A DNA stretch of 64,000 nt. It comes from Octopus vulgaris (lineage: Eukaryota). The notes beneath the pieces were generated by a model. The model saw only the letters and a program-made list of their open reading frames with translations, was not told the origin of the DNA and made no database searches. The position numbers and the translations under genes were made by a program. Location: positions 56,792,001-56,856,000 of the forward strand of contig OX597820.1 of the NCBI GenBank assembly GCA_951406725.2, read 5' to 3'. Of the stretch, positions 59,133-64,000 are shown piece after piece. Within the stretch, counting starts at the first letter, position 1. Each line of letters opens with the position of its first letter.

Positions 59133-59319
59133 TTCTTTGTAAAAGTTGATAATCTTTCAGCATCGAGTTTGTATTAAAATGATTTTATTCATTATTTATA
59201 AAAGCAAACATTAGCACACACACACACACACACATACACACACACATGGACTTCAAACACACATGCATATATATGTGTATGTACATGTATGTGTGTGTAT
59301 ATGTATATATGTGTCTTTG

Positions 59320-59605
59320 TGAAGGTGTATGGCTTAGTTGTTAGGGCATTACACTCATGATTGCAAGATCCTGGTTTCGATTCCCAGACCGTATGTTGAT
59401 TCGTCTTCTTGAGCAAAGCACTTCATTTCACATTGCTCTGCGATCATTTCGTCATCTGAAATGTGACACATGGTACACCTGTACAGGTAATATCGATTTG
59501 ATGGCGGGAGTGAGCTTATACGAACACATAAATAAAAATCATTTGTGTGGTTTTTCAACAAGAAATTGCCGAGCCCGCATACGTCATCTAACGACGGGAG
59601 AATCT
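59320..59605 (+). mobile_element. tRNA-derived SINE, family D
   Basis: A-box tggcttagttg, B-box ggtttcgattcc, then ttgagcaaagcacttcatttcac; related fragment at about 42110-42310. Confidence 0.75.
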
Positions 59606-59707
59606 ATGATATATATGTGTGTGCGTGTGTGTGTACATGTATGTATGTATGTATGTATGTATGTATGTATGTATGTATGTATGTATGTATGTACGTACGT
59701 ACGTACG

Positions 59708-59810
<103 letters not shown>

Positions 59811-59849
59811 ATTCATGTGTGTGTGAAAAGTGAGGCATATAACAAAAAC

Positions 59850-61640
59850 AATGCAAGGTTAAAGCCAAAAAGTTCCAAACTTGTTCAAATTTCAGCAGCC
59901 AAACTCTTAGAAGGCAGACCACTAGGAGTTGTTGCTGATTATCCCATAGCAGATTATTATATAATCATCAGTGACCTAGTTCTTGTTTCGTTATCGTGTG
60001 AGTCCTGGTTGTCCAGTAAACCTGAACTTTGGTTTTGAGATCTCAGCCCTTCGTTGCCCACCAATGGCATTTGTACGGGTAACGTTCTGTTCAGGTCATA
60101 CGCAATGTAACGTTCAAAATCTTGACAACCGTGTCCAGTAACCAGGGTGGTTCATCTCCAAAATTTCTAGCCAAAAATTTGGTGATTCATGTTTCAAACA
60201 AGTGTTTTTCCCAGTTTCGGATCTCGTACCATGTGGTCAGTTGGGGTCTGATACTGCATCAGTTTAACTGTAAAGCATTTGATGCTAATTATAGACTTTC
60301 AGTCGAACTCCTTTTTTCGAGTAAAAGCCTCAAACATCTTCAGATAATTAAAAATTTTTGCAACCGATTATTATATTCCTTTTGTGTTTCCTTTTTCTTT
60401 TGTTATTCAGTTCTACAAAACTCTTTTCTAAGCACTAATAATGGAGCTATGTCCATTTCAAAACTTCTAATCTAATCTTGACCTTTAAAGAAGAATCTTT
60501 TATATCAATCAATATCAATTTTAGTGTTTTTCTTGATAAATGGAATTTCACAAACCTATATCAGAGAAATTGCTTTGAAGCCTAGACAAAAAGAAGCTTA
60601 ATTTTGAAGAATTTCAATTCAGAATTGTCTGTTTTTGACCATTTTCTGGGTCCATTGACCATTCCTATACAGACGGCTGCTTCAGTAACACATTCGAATT
60701 CTTTTAGCAGTCCATTGACTTTCAATGCAATTTTAATGGGTTTGCCTTCGCAACATTTCCCATTACTAACAAACATCTCTCGGATGTGGATATTTGCCCA
60801 ATTTTTCTTTTAAAATTATATTTTTATTACTCTGCTGATATTGTCCATCCGTATTTTGATTTAATGTCAAAATTCAACCTTTCTAAAAATGAACATTTTA
60901 TGGCAAAAATGGCATTTTATATTTCTCCTTGGATAATTTTAATTTGTATGATTTTTGCATTTATGGCAATTTAACCATAAATGCAAAAATCCATAAATGC
61001 AATTTTTGGTTGGATATTTTATTCTTCCTCTGCACAACATCAATATCTGAATTTCCAGACAGAAGCTTTCCTCCTGGAAAATTCGAAGAGCTTTCAGAGG
61101 CCCTCTAAACTGCCAAAGCAATTTTCGCTGCCTTTTATAGTACCAGATCTCATTCTTTCAAAAATGACAGTTAAACACTTTTTTATAGATGTGTTCGTGA
61201 TTACTCTGTCTCTAATCATATAACACGTAACTCTGGATCCACAATCTATAGATTTAAGTTTTACTTCTGTCACAAAATCAGCAATACTCAAATTATAGTC
61301 TTTCGAAATCAGTAATAATTATACATCTCAGTATTTCTTTTCTCCTCGAAAAGTGCCGTCAACTTTTCTATGATTACAAAAATGAATATTTCAAATAATC
61401 TTTCAGCAAAATCAAAGTATTAGAAAATTTAATATTTTACTATGAGTTCCATTGATTAAATATATTAACTTGATTTCTTTACTTGCAGTTTTGTTGAGAT
61501 TGAAATAAGTATCCACTCTGATCTCAAAATCTTTCCAAAAATCTTTAATGCTCATAGCAGTGCGTAAGAACTTGCTTTCCTTTGCAAAATAATCTGAACT
61601 TATTTAACTAGATATTCCACCAGTCGTTGTCATATTATAA
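59850..61640 (-). pseudogene. Gypsy (Mag-type) LTR retrotransposon remnant: gag, zinc knuckles, protease and integrase C-terminus
   Basis: WKDFEIRVDTYF..., SIADFVTE..C..MIRDRV, CHKCKNH..P..KCHFCHK, PIKIALKVNGLLKEFECVTEAAVCI (degenerate DTGA) and ARNFGDEPPW; LTRs not resolved. Confidence 0.7.
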
Positions 61641-62424
61641 TAATGCAACTTACAAACGTCACTAAGTAAAAATCGTTGTAAAATCTGGAAAAAATCAAAT
61701 ATTCTTCTTCGCCAAGTTTTGCGAAAAATTCTTTACCGCTACATTCAAAATAATGATAAAAAAAAAAGAGAGAAATGTTTTCGTTGCCACTGCCTTCTTA
61801 TCTTTTTCACGGGCAATCTCATCTTTGTTGTCGTTGCTTTATTGTCTCTATTTCTTGGTCCTGGTGTAATCTGTAATGTAGGAAAGATAATAATAATAAT
61901 ATCTACAATGACTGCCAGAAAAACGTTATATTATAATGGGAAGGAAGGCTGAGCTTCAATGGGTGACATCACGGAACACGACTCAGCCTTTTAGAAAACA
62001 GTTACTGTATGCGTGTGCGTGTGAGTGAATAGTGCATACATATATGTGTGTGTGTATGTGTGTGTGTGTGTATGTGTGTGTGTGTGTATGTGTGTGTGTG
62101 TAGGTAACCATTATTTGCATACTGCATCTTTATACTTATAATAAAAACAATATCGCATTAAAATGGACGCTCACAAGGCACGTTTGAGGGAAACACGAAG
62201 TAAATTTTATAGACTTTCTATAACTAAGGATCTGCAAACTGCGGTCTGCAGGAAACATAAATATATTCACTGTGAAAGCCTTTTGAGTCACTTTTAAGCG
62301 CCCATGCACACATATATACACGCAAAGCGACCCAAAACATATAAATGTTTATACATGAACGCGTATTTGTGTGTGTGTATGCGCATTTGTACGTATGTTA
62401 TACAAGTACAGTCGTAATTAATGC

Positions 62425-62725
62425 TGGTTTCACAATTTGGCACACGGTCAATTTCGTGGGAAGCAGTAAGTAGATTACATCGACCTTAGTTTCCAGCTGG
62501 TACTTATTTTAACGACCACGAAAGTATGAAAGACAAAGTCGATCTCGTCAGAATTTGAACTCAGAACATGGCGACGGATGAAATGCCGTTAAGCCTTTTT
62601 GTCCGGGCGCTAAGGATTCTGTCATTTCATCGCCTTGTAATCGCAATTAATATTAAGAAAAAGATGAAAACCATTAGCAACCTGAGAAAAATGCTTAGCG
62701 GTATTTTGTCCGTCTTTATGTTCGA
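62425..62725. mobile_element. Two SINE family B pieces in head-to-head orientation
   Basis: 62425-62637 on minus and about 62660-62725 on plus. Confidence 0.7.
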
Positions 62726-62727
62726 TA

Positions 62728-63242
62728 CGCGGCATGGGTACAATTTCAGCGATTTGCGAAGAGCAGAATGGCAGCTGCCAACAGATAATCCAGTTTCATG
62801 AGACAAACGTCGCACAGATTTCCCGGGATTGCGAAGAATTCGTTGACAGATATCTTCCACAACATCATCAGCAAGGCGGGTACGTCGGCGAACGTGTTTC
62901 TTGACCTCAACTGAGCCCGTCTTCCAAAACTTTTTAATCAGATCATTAATCGCTTACTTTGTTAGCGGTGGTACATTTGGATATTCGCTCTTAAAATCGG
63001 TAACGCAATTGTCAAAAGAGTAAATCCATCGCCCGATGATAAAACGTCCTGGATCTAAAATAAGATTCCACAATAAATGAACGTTGTTGTACTGACAACA
63101 CCATTACGACTCTAGAAGAAATCTAGAATGAATGCGTTACACTTGTAAAAGGCTAAAATCAATTTGGCATAGCGAGCCAATCAGAGAGAGCCAATATTTT
63201 GACAGTTAATCAATCGAGTCGATTTTTAAATTGAACACTCTA
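62728..63242 (-). mobile_element. 5' fragment of a Tc1/mariner-superfamily element with DUF4817-type HTH N-terminus
   Basis: MVLSVQQRSFIVESYF...LIKKFWKTGSV...RNPGKSVRRLSHETGLS...ALRKSLKLYP; terminal TA|TAGAGTGTTCAATTTAAAA. Confidence 0.75.
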
Positions 63243-63464
63243 TAGAGCAGGTACAAGATTACCTTCCTCACGTTGAAAGTAAATATTACACGTAACTCTA
63301 TTAGATCCACGTTTGTGAGTTCAGTTCCAAATCAAATTATATAAAGTGTGATAAAAACATAATTGCTGCTTTCACTCTGTGTCATTACAGGCTGAGGAAT
63401 GTACGCTTTGCGTTACTGAGTTAATTTTAAAGACATTATTATATTTCATGTGAAAAATAACGAA

Positions 63465-63499
<35 letters not shown>

Positions 63500-64000
63500 T
63501 GTATGTATGTATGTATACGAGTATATATATATTTTTTATTCTTTTACTTGTTTCACTCATATATATATATATATATATATATAAAATGGTCGGGTAAGGT
63601 ATAACTATTTATTCTTTATATCGATCTAATTCCGAAACGCGCGAACGTGGGTAACCTAATATTGATTAATTTTTGTTATTTTTCCCTTTTGCCTGCGTGG
63701 ATTGTTTTCAGGTACTTTGGTTTTTCTGGGAGCCCCTTTTAAAGTAGAAGGAATAGCTAAGACTTTTTGACTGCTATTTCTAAGCTTCTGTATGTGGTGA
63801 AGCAAATCGTTGCTGAACCGTAATTATAAAGTATAGATATCTAATTTTTAGTACTGTTGCCCACTGTGTTCTCTCAGTACTAAGTAACTGACTATGAAAG
63901 TGGAAGCACTCCAGAAGTCAATAACAAGGAAGATAGACAGCATGAGAGGTATTGACTACTGGGATCGACTAAAAAACTCAATCCCAACTCTCTCAAACAC

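Overview
Eukaryotic, AT-rich, microsatellite-saturated DNA with no convincing host protein-coding gene. The SINE families and repeat landscape look like an octopus/coleoid cephalopod genome (inferred from recognition, not from a search). Most ORF-track entries are translations of (TA)n, (CA)n, (TATC)n or (GAT)n tracts. Transposons present: a near full-length, inactivated Tx1/L1-clade LINE (11280-17693) bounded by (TATC)n on both sides and carrying a perfect 176-bp palindrome in ORF1; three mariner elements; a Tc1-like 5' fragment; Penelope-like (PLE) RT and GIY-YIG remnants; RTE and R4/Dong-like LINE remnants; a Mag-type Gypsy remnant; non-autonomous Helitrons; and more than 30 SINE copies. 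The most interesting signal is RNA-structural. There are about ten hammerhead ribozyme (HHR) motifs. Two of them lie in diverged ~350-nt units (45825-46226 and 49567-50128) with terminal redundancy, inverted 5' partial copies and compensatory base changes, as expected of integrated copies of a circular-RNA retrozyme. A separate back-to-back pair of HHRs sits on opposite strands near 59.08 kb.
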